From contig JBBFMI010000001.1 of the NCBI GenBank assembly GCA_037478635.1, positions 1-56,777 on the forward strand: a DNA stretch of 56,777 nt. Reading direction: 5' to 3'. How positions within the stretch are numbered: the first letter of the stretch is position 1; each line of letters starts with the position of its first letter. The notes beneath the pieces were generated by a model. It saw nothing but the letters and a program-made list of their open reading frames with translations. It made no database searches and had not been told where the DNA came from. This document shows, in pieces, positions 1 through 10,314 of the stretch. A program made the translations under genes and the position numbers. This stretch comes from Candidatus Geothermincolales bacterium. Lineage in GTDB: Bacteria > Actinomycetota > Geothermincolia > Geothermincolales > RBG-13-55-18.

Positions 1-324
1 GTCGCCCTGGACGAGCTGTGGGAGGTGGGAGGCGACAAGGGCGACAAGGTTAGCCTGGTGGACACCCTGGAGGACACCAGGGTCAAGGACCCCTCCAAGA
101 CTTACGAGTTCGAGGAGATGAAGGAGATCCTGGCCGATGCCATCAACCGGTTGCCGGAGAGGGAGAAGATAGTCATAACCCTGTATTATTACGAGGGATT
201 GACCTTGAGGGAGATCGGGGAGGTCCTCGGGGTGACGGAGTCGAGGGTGTGCCAGATGCACACCAAGGCTATACTGCGTCTTAAGACCCGCCTGGCAAGC
301 CTCAAGGGAACGTTCGAGTTGTAA
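1..324 (+). CDS. fliA: RNA polymerase sigma factor, FliA/WhiG (sigma-28) family; 5' end outside the window (regions 3-4 only)
   Basis: Frame 1 is open from nt 1 ([13 protein letters not shown]...), so the listed ORF 25..324 is only the tail. Region 4.2 [32 protein letters not shown] is FliA/WhiG-like. It lies directly upstream of rpsB-tsf-pyrH, as whiG does in Streptomyces-type genomes. Confidence 0.8.
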   Translation, partial: VALDELWEVGGDKGDKVSLVDTLEDTRVKDPSKTYEFEEMKEILADAINRLPEREKIVITLYYYEGLTLREIGEVLGVTESRVCQMHTKAILRLKTRLASLKGTFEL

Positions 325-364
325 GACTGAAGGACCCATCGTTCCCGTGCCGCGTCTCGTTTCC

Positions 365-393
365 TTGTAGCCCTTTTCAGCCTGTGGTATATT
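365..393 (+). promoter_or_regulatory. Candidate sigma-70-type promoter of rpsB-tsf
   Basis: TTGTAG (365-370), 17-nt spacer, TGg + TATATT extended -10 (385-393); about 140 nt upstream of the rpsB ATG. Confidence 0.5.
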
Positions 394-533
394 GGTTGGT
401 CGATATTTCACCCGGGAGGGCGAGATATCGGAGGATGTGGTAGAGAACGCGCGCCCGTGGACTTTCCTCCGGGGTGCCCGTGGAGGTCGGAGGGAGGGAT
501 GAAGCGGGCGGAGGAAAAACCGGAGGTGATTCG

Positions 534-1331
534 ATGACCGTCGTATCCATGAAGCACCTGCTGGAGGCGGGGGTCCATTTCGGGCACCAGACCCGGCGAT
601 GGAACCCCAAGATGAAGAAGTATATCTACACCGAGAGGAACGGGATCTACATCATAGACCTCCAGCAGACCCTGAAACTCATCGAGGTGGCCTACAACTT
701 CATCCGCGACCTGGTCCGCGACGGGGGGACCATACTTTTCATCGGCACCAAGAAACAGGCGCAAGAAGCCATCCGGGAGAACGCTCGGCGTTGCGGCATG
801 CCCTACGTCGTCAACCGGTGGCTGGGAGGCACTTTGACCAACTGGGTCACCATCAGGTCGCGGATACAGAAGCTCCGGGAGCTCGAGGAAATGGAGGCCT
901 CCGGGGAAATAGACAGGATGCCCAAGAAGGAGGCGACCAGGGTCAGGCACAAGCTGGCCAAGCTCCGCCGTAATTTGGAGGGCCTCAGGGACATGGACAG
1001 GTTGCCCGACGCCGTGTTCATCATCGACCCTCGCAAGGAACATATCGCCCTCATGGAAGCCAGGAAGCTGGAGATCCCGGTGGTGGCGGTGGTGGACACC
1101 AACTGTGATCCTGACCTGGTGGACTACGTAATACCCGGGAACGACGACGCCATCAGGGCGGCGAACCTGATAAGCAAGATAATCTCCAACGCGGTACTGG
1201 AAGGAAAACATCTCCGCGAGATGATGCAGGCCTCCTTGAAGGACGAGGCCGATGAGGGGGTTACGGAAGAAGAGGAAATCGGATCGGAAGAGGAGAGCGG
1301 GACCGAGGAGGAGAGTCCCGTGGAGGCATAG
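534..1331 (+). CDS. rpsB: 30S ribosomal protein S2 (with acidic C-terminal tail)
   Basis: [23 protein letters not shown]2 signature. ATG at 534 is preceded by GGAGG (522-526); the ORF-track start at 474 is probably too far upstream. Confidence 0.95.
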   Translation: MTVVSMKHLLEAGVHFGHQTRRWNPKMKKYIYTERNGIYIIDLQQTLKLIEVAYNFIRDLVRDGGTILFIGTKKQAQEAIRENARRCGMPYVVNRWLGGTLTNWVTIRSRIQKLRELEEMEASGEIDRMPKKEATRVRHKLAKLRRNLEGLRDMDRLPDAVFIIDPRKEHIALMEARKLEIPVVAVVDTNCDPDLVDYVIPGNDDAIRAANLISKIISNAVLEGKHLREMMQASLKDEADEGVTEEEEIGSEEESGTEEESPVEA

Positions 1332-1414
1332 GCTCGGGCTCGGCGGATAGAAGGTAGGGGGAGGCCTGCTGGACACCGGTTTTCTGCAGAGCGAAAAGAC
1401 GGAAGGAGGAATCG

Positions 1415-2026
1415 ATGAGGATAGACGCTGCCCAGGTAAAAGCGCTCAGGGAGGCCACTGGAGCAGGAGTGATGGACTGCAAAAAGGCCCTGGAAGAAGC
1501 TGGGGGTGACCAGGAGAAAGCCCTGCGCATCCTGCGCGAGAAGGGACTGGCGGGGGCCAAGAAGAAAGCGGGAAGGACGGCTACCGAAGGGGTGATCGAC
1601 GCATATATCCACATGAACAACCGGGTGGGCGTGTTGATAGAGGTGAACTGCGAGACCGATTTTGTTGCCCGGAACGAGATGTTCAGGAACCTGGTACACG
1701 ACCTGGCCATGCACATAGCAGCCTCCAGCCCGCTCTACGTCTCACCGGAGGACGTACCTCCAGAGGTGCTCGAGCAGGAGAAGGAGATACAACGCCAGAG
1801 AGCCTTGAACGAGGGCAAGCCAGAGAAAGTCATAGACAAGATAGTGGAGGGAAGGCTGAACAAGTTCTACGAGGAAGTGTGCCTCCTGAAGCAGCCTTTC
1901 GTGAGGGACCAGGAGCGCACGGTGGAAGAGGTCATACAACAGGCGATCGCCACGCTGGGAGAGAACATCGTGGTGAGGAGGTTCGTCAGGTATCAGCTCG
2001 GGGAGACCCAGGCGGAAGGGCAATAG
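1415..2026 (+). CDS. tsf: Translation elongation factor Ts (short form)
   Basis: N-terminal UBA-like [37 protein letters not shown]; immediately follows rpsB. Confidence 0.93.
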   Translation: MRIDAAQVKALREATGAGVMDCKKALEEAGGDQEKALRILREKGLAGAKKKAGRTATEGVIDAYIHMNNRVGVLIEVNCETDFVARNEMFRNLVHDLAMHIAASSPLYVSPEDVPPEVLEQEKEIQRQRALNEGKPEKVIDKIVEGRLNKFYEEVCLLKQPFVRDQERTVEEVIQQAIATLGENIVVRRFVRYQLGETQAEGQ

Positions 2027-2056
2027 ATGGGTCGAAGCGGCGATCGAAGGGTCATC

Positions 2057-2083
2057 GGGCGCCTTTGTGGGCGCCCTTTTGTT
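2057..2083 (+). terminator. Rho-independent terminator after tsf
   Basis: GGGCGCC (2057-2063) / GGCGCCC (2070-2076) 7-bp GC stem, 6-nt loop, then TTTTGTT. Confidence 0.75.
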
Positions 2084-2204
2084 ATATTGGAAAGGGAAAA
2101 GGTGGCCTTCGGGGTGTTGGGCAGAAAAGGCCGAGAGGAAGGCGAACGCTTGGGTCTTGCGGGGTTAGGATCGGACATCGGTCGTGGATTGGGAGGTTGG
2201 CCCA

Positions 2205-2990
2205 GTGGGAGAAGAACAGGATCAGAGGGAGAGAAAGGCTAAGCCTCTTTACCGCAGGGTGTTGATAAAGTTGAGCGGCGAAGCCTTCATGGGGAAGAAG
2301 GAGTACGGGATCGATCCGGACACGGTCAACGCCATCGCCGACGAGCTGGCCGAAGTGCATTCCCTGGGAGTGCAGCTTGCCATCGTCGTGGGGGGAGGTA
2401 ACATCTTCCGGGGAATGGCAGCCAGCGCCAGGGGCATGGAGAGGGCGACCGCCGATTACATGGGAATGCTGGCGACCGTGATGAACAGCCTGGCCCTGCA
2501 AGACGCCCTGGAGAAGCGGGGGGTGGTGACCCGGGTACAGTCGGCCATAGAGATGCAGGCGGTGGCAGAACCGTATATAAGGCGCAGGGCCATAAGGCAC
2601 CTGGAGAAGGGCCGCGTGGTGATATTCGCCGCGGGCACCGGAAACCCGTATTTCACCACGGATACCACGGCGGCCTTGCGGGCATTGGAGATCAACGCGG
2701 AGGCCATCCTCAAGGCCACGATGGTGGATGGGGTGTACGATTCGGATCCCATGACCAACCCCGAGGCGGTGATGTATTCGTCGCTGAACTACATCGAAGT
2801 GTTGCAGCAGGGATTGAAGGTGATGGACGCCACCGCCGTTTCCCTCTGCATGGATAACTCCCTTCCCATCATCGTTTTCAACATGACGGTTCCTGGCAAT
2901 ATAAAGAAGGTGCTTTTCGGAGAGAAGATCGGCACCATAGTCGCCTCCGAGGCCAAGTGTCGTGGCGGCGGAGGTTCAGCTGACCGCTAA
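2205..2990 (+). CDS. pyrH: UMP kinase
   Basis: [11 protein letters not shown] and [10 protein letters not shown] motifs. I prefer GTG at 2205 (GGGAGG at 2191-2196); the ORF track starts at GTG 2184, so the start is uncertain. Confidence 0.9.
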   Translation: MGEEQDQRERKAKPLYRRVLIKLSGEAFMGKKEYGIDPDTVNAIADELAEVHSLGVQLAIVVGGGNIFRGMAASARGMERATADYMGMLATVMNSLALQDALEKRGVVTRVQSAIEMQAVAEPYIRRRAIRHLEKGRVVIFAAGTGNPYFTTDTTAALRALEINAEAILKATMVDGVYDSDPMTNPEAVMYSSLNYIEVLQQGLKVMDATAVSLCMDNSLPIIVFNMTVPGNIKKVLFGEKIGTIVASEAKCRGGGGSADR

Positions 2991-3127
2991 GACCCGGAAG
3001 GGCATTGACCTGTTTTTGAAGAGGAAGGGAATTATTTGTTATCATCGAAAATTCCTGAAGCATGCACAGGGAGTGGAAGATCGCGGGAAAAGATATGCCG
3101 GGTCCATCTTAGGACGGGGAGGTAACC

Positions 3128-3685
3128 ATGATAGACGAGGTACTTGAAGACGCTGAGCGCAGGATGAAGAAGACCATAGAACACGTGAAGGAAGAATTCG
3201 CTTCAGTGCGTACCGGTAGGGCAAGTGCCTCTCTGGTCAACAAGATAATGGTGAATTACTATGGCCAACCGACGCCCCTCATGCAACTTGCCTCCATCGG
3301 GGTCCCGGAGCCCAACCTTTTGGTCATATCTCCCTACGACAAGAGCATACTGGGCGAGATCGAAAAGGCCATTCAGCAGTCCGACCTGGGGTTGAACCCC
3401 GTGAACGACGGCAACGTCATAAGGCTTCCCGTCCCGAAGCTCACCGAGGAGAGAAGAAGGGAACTGGTAAAACTGGTGAGGGCGAAAGCCGAGGAAGGCA
3501 GGGTCGCCATCAGGAACATCAGGCGGGATGCGATCGAGGACCTGCGAGCCTTCGAGAAGGAGGGAGAGATAACCAAGGACGACCTTCATCGCGGACAGGA
3601 GGAGATCCAGAAACTCACCGACCGTTACATAGCGGAGACCGACGAGATGCTGAAGAACAAGGAAAAGGAGCTGATGGAGGTCTGA
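3128..3685 (+). CDS. frr: Ribosome recycling factor
   Basis: 185 aa; typical RRF sequence ([10 protein letters not shown]..., [16 protein letters not shown]); pyrH-frr synteny. Confidence 0.95.
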   Translation: MIDEVLEDAERRMKKTIEHVKEEFASVRTGRASASLVNKIMVNYYGQPTPLMQLASIGVPEPNLLVISPYDKSILGEIEKAIQQSDLGLNPVNDGNVIRLPVPKLTEERRRELVKLVRAKAEEGRVAIRNIRRDAIEDLRAFEKEGEITKDDLHRGQEEIQKLTDRYIAETDEMLKNKEKELMEV

Positions 3686-3687
3686 AC

Positions 3688-4608
3688 GTGGCACCGGAAG
3701 CGGAGGGAACAGGAGGGGCGCCAGGGAGTCCCGGGTTCGAAGAGCCGGATAGCGTATGGAAGAGATTGGGACGGCGCTTTTCTGACCTTCTCGTTAGGGT
3801 CGTGAGCGCCGTGATCCTCGTCCTGATCGTCCTCCTGCTTCTCTGGTGGGGAGAACTCCCTTTCACCCTCGGCATCGCCATCATCTCCGTGTTCGGCATC
3901 AACGAGATATTCCGAGCCTTTTACGCGAGAGGTTTTAGGCCGGTGGCGATACCGTCGTTGGTGGCCGGAGGATCGTTGCCGATCGTTGCCTATTATTTCC
4001 AAGATAGGGATGATGGTTTCGCCTGGATTACCTTGGTCTTCGCGGTCTACCTTCCCATCCTTTTCCTGTGGGGTCTTTTGCGCAAGGACCACCGCCAGGT
4101 GGCCGAGGATCTGGGTCTATCCATGTTGGGCGTCACGATGGTGGGTTTCTGCCTCTCCCATTTCGTCCTCATGCTGGGACTGGACGCAGAGAAGTCCTGG
4201 AGTGCGCCCTTTTGCGTTATAGCCCTGGTTTGGGTTTTCGACGCGGTGGCCTATCTTACGGGGACAGCCTTCGGAAAGAGGAAGATAGTTCCATCGATAA
4301 GTCCTGGCAAGACCTGGGAAGGCACCCTCTGCGCGACTCTCGTAACCTTTGTAGCCGCCTATCTCTTATACGCATTTTTGGATAGGGACTGGCTGGGACT
4401 GGGAACTGCCATGGCCCTGGCCGCCATTACCTGCGTTTTGGCTTTCCTGGGGGACCTTTCGGAATCGCTGCTCAAGCGCGAGCTTGGCATAAAGGACATG
4501 GGGTCCCTCATCCCGGGTCACGGCGGGGTGATGGACAGGTTCGACAGCATGCTGATGACGGCGGCGGTTTCCTACTATTTCCTCCGCTTCCTGGTGTTCA
4601 AGATCTGA
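3688..4608 (+). CDS. cdsA: Phosphatidate cytidylyltransferase (CDP-diacylglycerol synthase)
   Basis: Multi-TM protein with C-terminal signature SESLLKRELGIKDMGSLIPGHGGVMDRFDS; GTG start 3 nt after the frr stop. Confidence 0.9.
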   Translation: MAPEAEGTGGAPGSPGFEEPDSVWKRLGRRFSDLLVRVVSAVILVLIVLLLLWWGELPFTLGIAIISVFGINEIFRAFYARGFRPVAIPSLVAGGSLPIVAYYFQDRDDGFAWITLVFAVYLPILFLWGLLRKDHRQVAEDLGLSMLGVTMVGFCLSHFVLMLGLDAEKSWSAPFCVIALVWVFDAVAYLTGTAFGKRKIVPSISPGKTWEGTLCATLVTFVAAYLLYAFLDRDWLGLGTAMALAAITCVLAFLGDLSESLLKRELGIKDMGSLIPGHGGVMDRFDSMLMTAAVSYYFLRFLVFKI

Positions 4609-4929
4609 CGGGCAACGCGCTTTTCCGACCACCGCCCTTAAACGATGTTCCCCGGCGGATCTTACCATGACCCGCAAAGGCCCACGTCGCCACGCTGAAG
4701 GCCGGCACGCCTCCTTTTCTCGCGGGGCCGGAAGAAATGCACGGGGGTTAACTCCTTCTGAAGATGCGCAGGTTGTCAGGAGCTTTGACCGGATAGGTGG
4801 TTGCAAAGCAATGAGCGTTTGGCTTGGACGGGACGTATGGACGCACCCCGAGATTCGATCAGGTGCCCGCAGCGTGCCTTGAACCTATATTTCGAGGTTG
4901 TCGGCTCTCCGCGACTTTATAATGTTTCT

Positions 4930-6129
4930 ATGACCGGGGACGTGGATCTGAAAGGAAGGATCTCCAGAGGAAGGATCGGGCTGGTTATCCTGGGCTCCAC
5001 CGGTTCCATCGGCAGGCAAGCCCTCGAGGTGGTCCGACTCCACCAAGACCGATTGCGGGTGGTGGCCTTGGTGGCCCGCGCCAACGTGGGACTGCTGGTG
5101 GAGCAGGCGCGGGAGTTCCGCCCCCTCATGGTGGGCCTGTTGGAGGAGGGCCCCGCGACGGAACTGAAAAGGGAACTGGACGGAACGGGCATCGAGGTAA
5201 GGGCGGGGCCCGATTGCCTGGTTGAGGCGGCAGCACACCCACTGGCCGATACAGTGCTCAACGCGGTGGTGAGCTCGGCCGGTCTGCCCGCCACCCTGGC
5301 CGCGCTGGGGGCGGGAAAGAGGTTGGCCTTGGCCAACAAGGAGAGCCTGGTAGCAGGAGGTGAACTGGTTCTCAAGGCTTTAGACTGCGGCGGGGAGCTC
5401 ATCCCGGTGGACTCGGAACACAGCGCCGTGTTCCATTGTCTCACCGGAGAGGACCCCGGTTCGGTGAAAAGGTTGATCCTGACCGCGTCGGGCGGGCCAT
5501 TCCGAGGACGGAGGAGGGAGGAGCTGGAGAGGGTTACCCCGGAAGAGGCGCTCCGGCATCCTACCTGGAAGATGGGGTCGAGGATCACCGTCGACTCAGC
5601 CACCCTGATGAACAAGGGACTGGAGGTGATCGAGGCCCATTACCTCTTCGGGATCCCCTACGAGCACATCGACGTGGTGGTACATCCCCAGAGCATCGTC
5701 CATTCCATGGTGGAGTTTCGGGATGGTAGTTTCGCCGCTCAGCTGAGCGTGCCCGACATGAGGATTCCCATAGCCCTGGCCCTGTCCTATCCCGAGAGGT
5801 GGGAAACCCCGGCACGACGCACCACCTTGGACGACCTGAGGGAACTCACCTTTGAGGAGGTGGACCGCGAGACCTTCCGATGCCTCGAGCTGGCTTACCG
5901 GGCGGGGATGATTGGAGGAACCGCCACCGCGGTTCTCAATGCCGCCGACGAGGTGGCGGTGGAGATGTTTTTGCGAGGAGAGATCGGGTTTTTGGATATT
6001 GAAAGGATGGTGGGAGCGGTCCTCGACGACCATCAGCCCGGAAAGGTGGAAACCTTGGATGACGTGATGGCGGCCGAGGAATGGGCGAGGGCAAAGGCCA
6101 TGGAATGGTGGGAGGAGACCCGTAGATGA
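4930..6129 (+). CDS. dxr: 1-deoxy-D-xylulose-5-phosphate reductoisomerase
   Basis: LGSTGSIGRQALEV NADPH motif, LANKESLV, DSEHSA. ATG at 4930 gives a normal-length DXR; the ORF-track start at 4801 adds a non-homologous extension. Confidence 0.93.
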   Translation: MTGDVDLKGRISRGRIGLVILGSTGSIGRQALEVVRLHQDRLRVVALVARANVGLLVEQAREFRPLMVGLLEEGPATELKRELDGTGIEVRAGPDCLVEAAAHPLADTVLNAVVSSAGLPATLAALGAGKRLALANKESLVAGGELVLKALDCGGELIPVDSEHSAVFHCLTGEDPGSVKRLILTASGGPFRGRRREELERVTPEEALRHPTWKMGSRITVDSATLMNKGLEVIEAHYLFGIPYEHIDVVVHPQSIVHSMVEFRDGSFAAQLSVPDMRIPIALALSYPERWETPARRTTLDDLRELTFEEVDRETFRCLELAYRAGMIGGTATAVLNAADEVAVEMFLRGEIGFLDIERMVGAVLDDHQPGKVETLDDVMAAEEWARAKAMEWWEETRR

Positions 6130-7232
6130 GCTTCATCTTGTACCTGCTGGCGGTGCTCGCCTCGGTTGTGGTGCTGGTGATGGTGCACGAGCTGGGCCAT
6201 TACCTTGCAGCTCGTGCGGTGGGGGTCAAGGCTACCGAGTTCTTCGTGGGATTCGGGCCTCGGATCTGGAGTTTCCGCCGGGGAGATACGGAATACGGTT
6301 TGAAGTGGATACTGGTGGGAGGATACGTGAAGATCCTGGGGATGAATCCCGACGAGGAGGTGAGCCCCGAGGACTGGCCTCGGTCTTACCGGGGAGTTCC
6401 CCACTGGAAGAGGTTGTGCATCATCCTCGCCGGCTCTTTGTTCCACGTGATCTTGGCCCTCGTGCTTTCTTTTTCCGCCATCTATTTCGTGGGGGTGCCC
6501 AATCCCGACCGTCCCACCACCGTCATCGCCGAGGTGGGGAGGTATATGGAGGACGGGGTCGAGGAGACCCCCGCCTGGAAGGCCGGGTTGAAGGAGGGCG
6601 ACCGGATCCTGGCCATTGACGGCGAAGAGGTCGCGGATTGGTGGGGGGTGCGGGAGTACATCCGGCAGAATCCCGGCAAGGAGATCACCCTGACGGTGAA
6701 AAGGGGAAAGGAGACCCTCGACATAACGGTGGTCCTGGCGACCAGGGAAGACGGTGGAGGGTACCTCGGCGTGAGCCCCCTGGAGGACAGGGACCGATAC
6801 GGGATAGGTGGCGCGCTGGTCCAGACCGGCAAGTGGTTCCTGCAGGCATCTTATGGCGTTTTTTACGGGATATACCGGATGTTTAGCTGGAGCACCTTCA
6901 AGCAACTGCTGGGGATATCGGAACCCACGCCGGAAAGACCGGTGACCGTGGTGGGGGCTTCACGGCTGGCGGGAAAGGTCGCGAGTTACGGCGCCTTTTA
7001 TTTCCTCAACTTCCTGTCGTTCATCCTCCTTTTCCTGGCCTACGTGAACCTGCTTCCCCTCCCGCCCCTGGACGGCGGCCACCTCCTGGTCGTGCTGGTG
7101 GAGAAGGTGACTGGCCGTGATGTGGACCTCAGGAAGCTCTACCCGGTGGCGGTGGTGGTGATCGCGTTTTTCGTGACCATGTTCGTCCTGACTTTGAGGT
7201 TGGACATCCTGAACCCCATCCAGCTCCCGTGA
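6126..7232 (+). CDS. rseP: Site-2 (M50) zinc metalloprotease RseP/Rip1-like with PDZ domain
   Basis: HELGHYLAAR (HExxH), PDZ-like GLKEGDRILAIDGEEV, NLLPLPPLDGGHL; ATGA overlap with the dxr stop. Confidence 0.9.
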   Translation: MSFILYLLAVLASVVVLVMVHELGHYLAARAVGVKATEFFVGFGPRIWSFRRGDTEYGLKWILVGGYVKILGMNPDEEVSPEDWPRSYRGVPHWKRLCIILAGSLFHVILALVLSFSAIYFVGVPNPDRPTTVIAEVGRYMEDGVEETPAWKAGLKEGDRILAIDGEEVADWWGVREYIRQNPGKEITLTVKRGKETLDITVVLATREDGGGYLGVSPLEDRDRYGIGGALVQTGKWFLQASYGVFYGIYRMFSWSTFKQLLGISEPTPERPVTVVGASRLAGKVASYGAFYFLNFLSFILLFLAYVNLLPLPPLDGGHLLVVLVEKVTGRDVDLRKLYPVAVVVIAFFVTMFVLTLRLDILNPIQLP

Positions 7233-7238
7233 GGAGGC

Positions 7239-8315
7239 GTGGCGTTGGAGAGGAGAAGAAGCAGGAAGATCATGCTGGGATGGATACCGGTGGGGGGCGA
7301 TGCCCCCATCACGGTTCAATCCATGACCAACACGCCCACGGAGGATGTAAGTGCCACCCTCCGCCAGATAGAGAGGATGCACGCTGCCGGCTGCGACATC
7401 GTCCGGGTGGCCCTTCCCGACCTGGATAGCTGTGAGGCACTGAGAAAGATCGTGAAGGCGTCGCCCGTGCCGGTGGTGGCCGACGTTCACTTCGATCACC
7501 GGATTGCCCTGGAGGCGCTGAAGGCGGGGGCCCACGGCCTGCGCATAAACCCGGGCAATATCGGCGATGATAGGAAGGTGAGGGAGGTAGCCAGGGCGGC
7601 GAGAGAGGCGGGGGTTCCGGTCAGGGTGGGGGCCAACGCCGGCTCACTGCCCCGTGACCTCCTGGAAAGATATGGGAGTCCAACCCCGGAGGCTTTGGTC
7701 GAGAGCGCTTTGCGGGAAGTGGCCATGCTGGAAAGGGAGGGGTTTGACCTCATCAAGATATCCGTGAAGGCCAGTACCGTGACGGCCACCATAGAGGCCA
7801 ATCGTATAATAGCGGATAAAGTGGATTATCCCCTGCATCTGGGTATCAGCGAGGCGGGTCCCGTCTGGTCGGGCACCATCAAGTCGGCGGTGGGCATCGG
7901 GGCCCTGCTGGCCCAGGGCATCGGCGATACCATCCGCGTGTCCCTGGCGGGTGACCCAGTGGAGGAGGTGAGGGTGGGACGCGCCATCCTCCGGAGCCTG
8001 GGACTTTCCGAGGTGGGCCCGGATATCGTCGCCTGCCCCACTTGTGCCCGGGCCCGCATCGATGTGGCCGCCCTGGCGGAGGAACTGGAGAGGAGGTTGA
8101 AGGATAGCCGCGTGTCGTTGCGCATCGCAGTGATGGGTTGCTCGGTCAATGGGCCGGGAGAGGCCCGGGAGGCAGACATAGGGATAGCGGGGGGGAAGAC
8201 CAGGGGTCTTTTGTTCCGCGGTGGAGAACCGGTGGGCTGGTTTCCCAAGGAAGAACTATTGGAAGTGCTGTTGAGGGAGGTGGAGAGGGTCTCCCGCGAG
8301 GGTTCCTCGGGGTGA
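7239..8315 (+). CDS. ispG: 4-hydroxy-3-methylbut-2-enyl diphosphate synthase
   Basis: GGDAPITVQSMTNT, C-terminal CPTCAR...GCSVNGPGEA Fe-S motifs. Start could be GTG 7239 or TTG 7245. Confidence 0.93.
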   Translation: MALERRRSRKIMLGWIPVGGDAPITVQSMTNTPTEDVSATLRQIERMHAAGCDIVRVALPDLDSCEALRKIVKASPVPVVADVHFDHRIALEALKAGAHGLRINPGNIGDDRKVREVARAAREAGVPVRVGANAGSLPRDLLERYGSPTPEALVESALREVAMLEREGFDLIKISVKASTVTATIEANRIIADKVDYPLHLGISEAGPVWSGTIKSAVGIGALLAQGIGDTIRVSLAGDPVEEVRVGRAILRSLGLSEVGPDIVACPTCARARIDVAALAEELERRLKDSRVSLRIAVMGCSVNGPGEAREADIGIAGGKTRGLLFRGGEPVGWFPKEELLEVLLREVERVSREGSSG

Positions 8316-8463
8316 TGCGTTCGAGGATGCGATGAACCTTGCCGCCTGGGACATGAACCGTGAAATCGCGAAAATGCCCGAGCGGGAGGTTTTCACGAGG
8401 ATTATCGCTAACCTTTGAGGAAGCCACTACTCGAGGGCCTATGAAGATGAAACGGAGGAGGAG

Positions 8464-10161
8464 ATGAGGCAGAGCAGGCTATTCGCTCCCACGCTGAAGG
8501 AGTCGCCGGCGGACGCCGAGATCGCCAGCCACAGGCTGTTGGTGCGAGGCGGCTTTTTACGGCGGGTGGCCTCCGGCATATACGACTTCCTTCCCCTGGG
8601 CGTCCGGGTGGTCAGGAAGATCGAGAGGATAATCCGGGAGGAGATGAACCGGGAGGGGGCGCAGGAGGTCATCCTCCCCATCCTTCAGCCCCGGGAGCTC
8701 TGGGAGGAAAGCGGGCGCTGGTCGCGTTACGGCGAGGAGATGATGCGACTTAGGGACCGGGCGGGGAGGGATTTCGGCCTCGGGCCGACCCACGAGGAGG
8801 TCATCACCGCCCTGGTGCGAGACAACATCAGTTCCTACCGGGATCTGCCCCTCAATCTCTACCAGATAGGCGCCAAGTTCAGGGACGAGGTGCGCCCGCG
8901 CTTCGGCCTTCTCCGCGCCAGGGAGTTCATAATGAAGGACGCTTACAGCTTCGACCGGGATGAGGAGGGCATGCGGGAGAGCTACAGGTCCATGTACCGG
9001 GCCTATTCCCGCATCTTCGATCGCTGTGGGCTGAGGTGGATGGCGGTGGAGGCCGATACCGGGCTCATCGGGGGCGACGTCAGCCACGAGTTCATGGTCC
9101 TGGCGGCGGTAGGGGAAGACAGGATCGTTCACTGCGAGAACTGTGGATATGCCGCCAACATAAACCTGGCGGAATTTAAAAGGGAGACAGTGTCCGGACC
9201 CGAGCGACCACTAGAGAAAGTGAGTACCCCGGGACAGAGGACGGTGGAGGAAGTCAGCGGGTTTTTAGGGGTAAAGCCCCACCAGCTCATAAAATGCCTG
9301 ATGTACCTGGTGGAGGGAAAACCGGTTGCCGTGCTGGTGCCCGGGGACAGGGAGGCGGGAGAGGTAAAGCTGGAAAGGGCGTTCGGCACGTCGGAGTTCC
9401 GGTTGTTCAACCAGGCCGATTGGGATAATTTTCCACAGTACATCCAGGGTTTCGTCGGGCCGGTGGGGCTCGACGGGGCCGAGATCCTGGCGGACCTTTC
9501 CCTCGAGGGCGCTCGAGGGATGGTCTGCGGTTCGAACCAGGAGGACCATCACCTGGTGGGGGTAGAGGTCGGCAGGGATTTCCAACCGTCTCGTTTCCTC
9601 GACGTCGCCCTGGCCAGGGATGGCGACCCTTGCCCGAGGTGTGGAAAAGGGCTCAAGGTGGCAGCAGGCATCGAGGTGGGCCAGATATTCCAACTGGGCC
9701 TCAAGTACTCTCATTCCATGAAGTGCACTTACACCGATGAGAGGGGAGAGGAAAGGCCGGTTTACATGGGTTGCTACGGCATAGGGGTGACCCGCTTGAT
9801 GGCCGCCATAGTGGAGCAGCATCACGACGACAGGGGCATCATGTGGCCGTTGGAGGTGGCCCCCGCCCACGTACACATCTTGCCCCTCAATTACGAGAGG
9901 GAAGAGCGTAGGCGGGGAGCAGAGGAGATCTACCGAAGGCTCGTGGACGAGGGTTTCGAGGTGCTCCTGGACGACAGGGAGGAAAGCGCGGGGGTGAAGT
10001 TCGCCGACGCCGATCTTTTCGGCATCCCGTTCCGGTTGGTGCTGGGCCGGACCTACGAAGAATCCGGGAAAATCGAGATCCAGGCCAGGGCCACGGGGGA
10101 GAAGGTCATGGTGGACCAGGGGGAGGCAGTGGCCTGGGTGCGCGAGGCGGTATCCCGGTGA
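8464..10161 (+). CDS. proS: Proline--tRNA ligase (bacterial type with editing insertion)
   Basis: MRQSRLFAPTLKESPADAEIASHRLLVRGGF..., class II motifs; GGAGGAGG RBS before the ATG. Confidence 0.95.
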   Translation: MRQSRLFAPTLKESPADAEIASHRLLVRGGFLRRVASGIYDFLPLGVRVVRKIERIIREEMNREGAQEVILPILQPRELWEESGRWSRYGEEMMRLRDRAGRDFGLGPTHEEVITALVRDNISSYRDLPLNLYQIGAKFRDEVRPRFGLLRAREFIMKDAYSFDRDEEGMRESYRSMYRAYSRIFDRCGLRWMAVEADTGLIGGDVSHEFMVLAAVGEDRIVHCENCGYAANINLAEFKRETVSGPERPLEKVSTPGQRTVEEVSGFLGVKPHQLIKCLMYLVEGKPVAVLVPGDREAGEVKLERAFGTSEFRLFNQADWDNFPQYIQGFVGPVGLDGAEILADLSLEGARGMVCGSNQEDHHLVGVEVGRDFQPSRFLDVALARDGDPCPRCGKGLKVAAGIEVGQIFQLGLKYSHSMKCTYTDERGEERPVYMGCYGIGVTRLMAAIVEQHHDDRGIMWPLEVAPAHVHILPLNYEREERRRGAEEIYRRLVDEGFEVLLDDREESAGVKFADADLFGIPFRLVLGRTYEESGKIEIQARATGEKVMVDQGEAVAWVREAVSR

Positions 10162-10314
10162 ACCTCGTGGCGATGGGGCTGGCCGCTGGCGATGCAGTAT
10201 ATGGTAGAGGGGAGATTCTCCGGGAGCCAAGGGCATGAGAGAAGGTGATTCTCCGGCAGGCAACTCAAGGATTGATCCAGGTGACCATGAGTGCCGGGAA
10301 AGGAGGATAGGGCG

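Noticed and set aside
408-1376. Long antisense ORFs opposite well-supported genes. Examples: 408..1376, 6033..6905, 9265..10383, 25054..26064, 26208..27308, 37626..38696, 42050..43360, 46955..48226 (all minus strand).
   Set aside because: Each lies fully inside a strongly supported housekeeping CDS on the other strand. They are Arg/Pro/Gly/His-rich with no recognisable motifs, as expected from stop-codon depletion in GC-rich DNA.
4801-4929. N-terminal extension of dxr in the ORF track. Similar extensions occur at rpsB 474, pdxT 25995, queA 30495, MBL hydrolase 39221 and IMPase 20938.
   Set aside because: The extensions carry no homology-like sequence. An internal ATG preceded by a GGAGG-type RBS gives the family-typical N-terminus.
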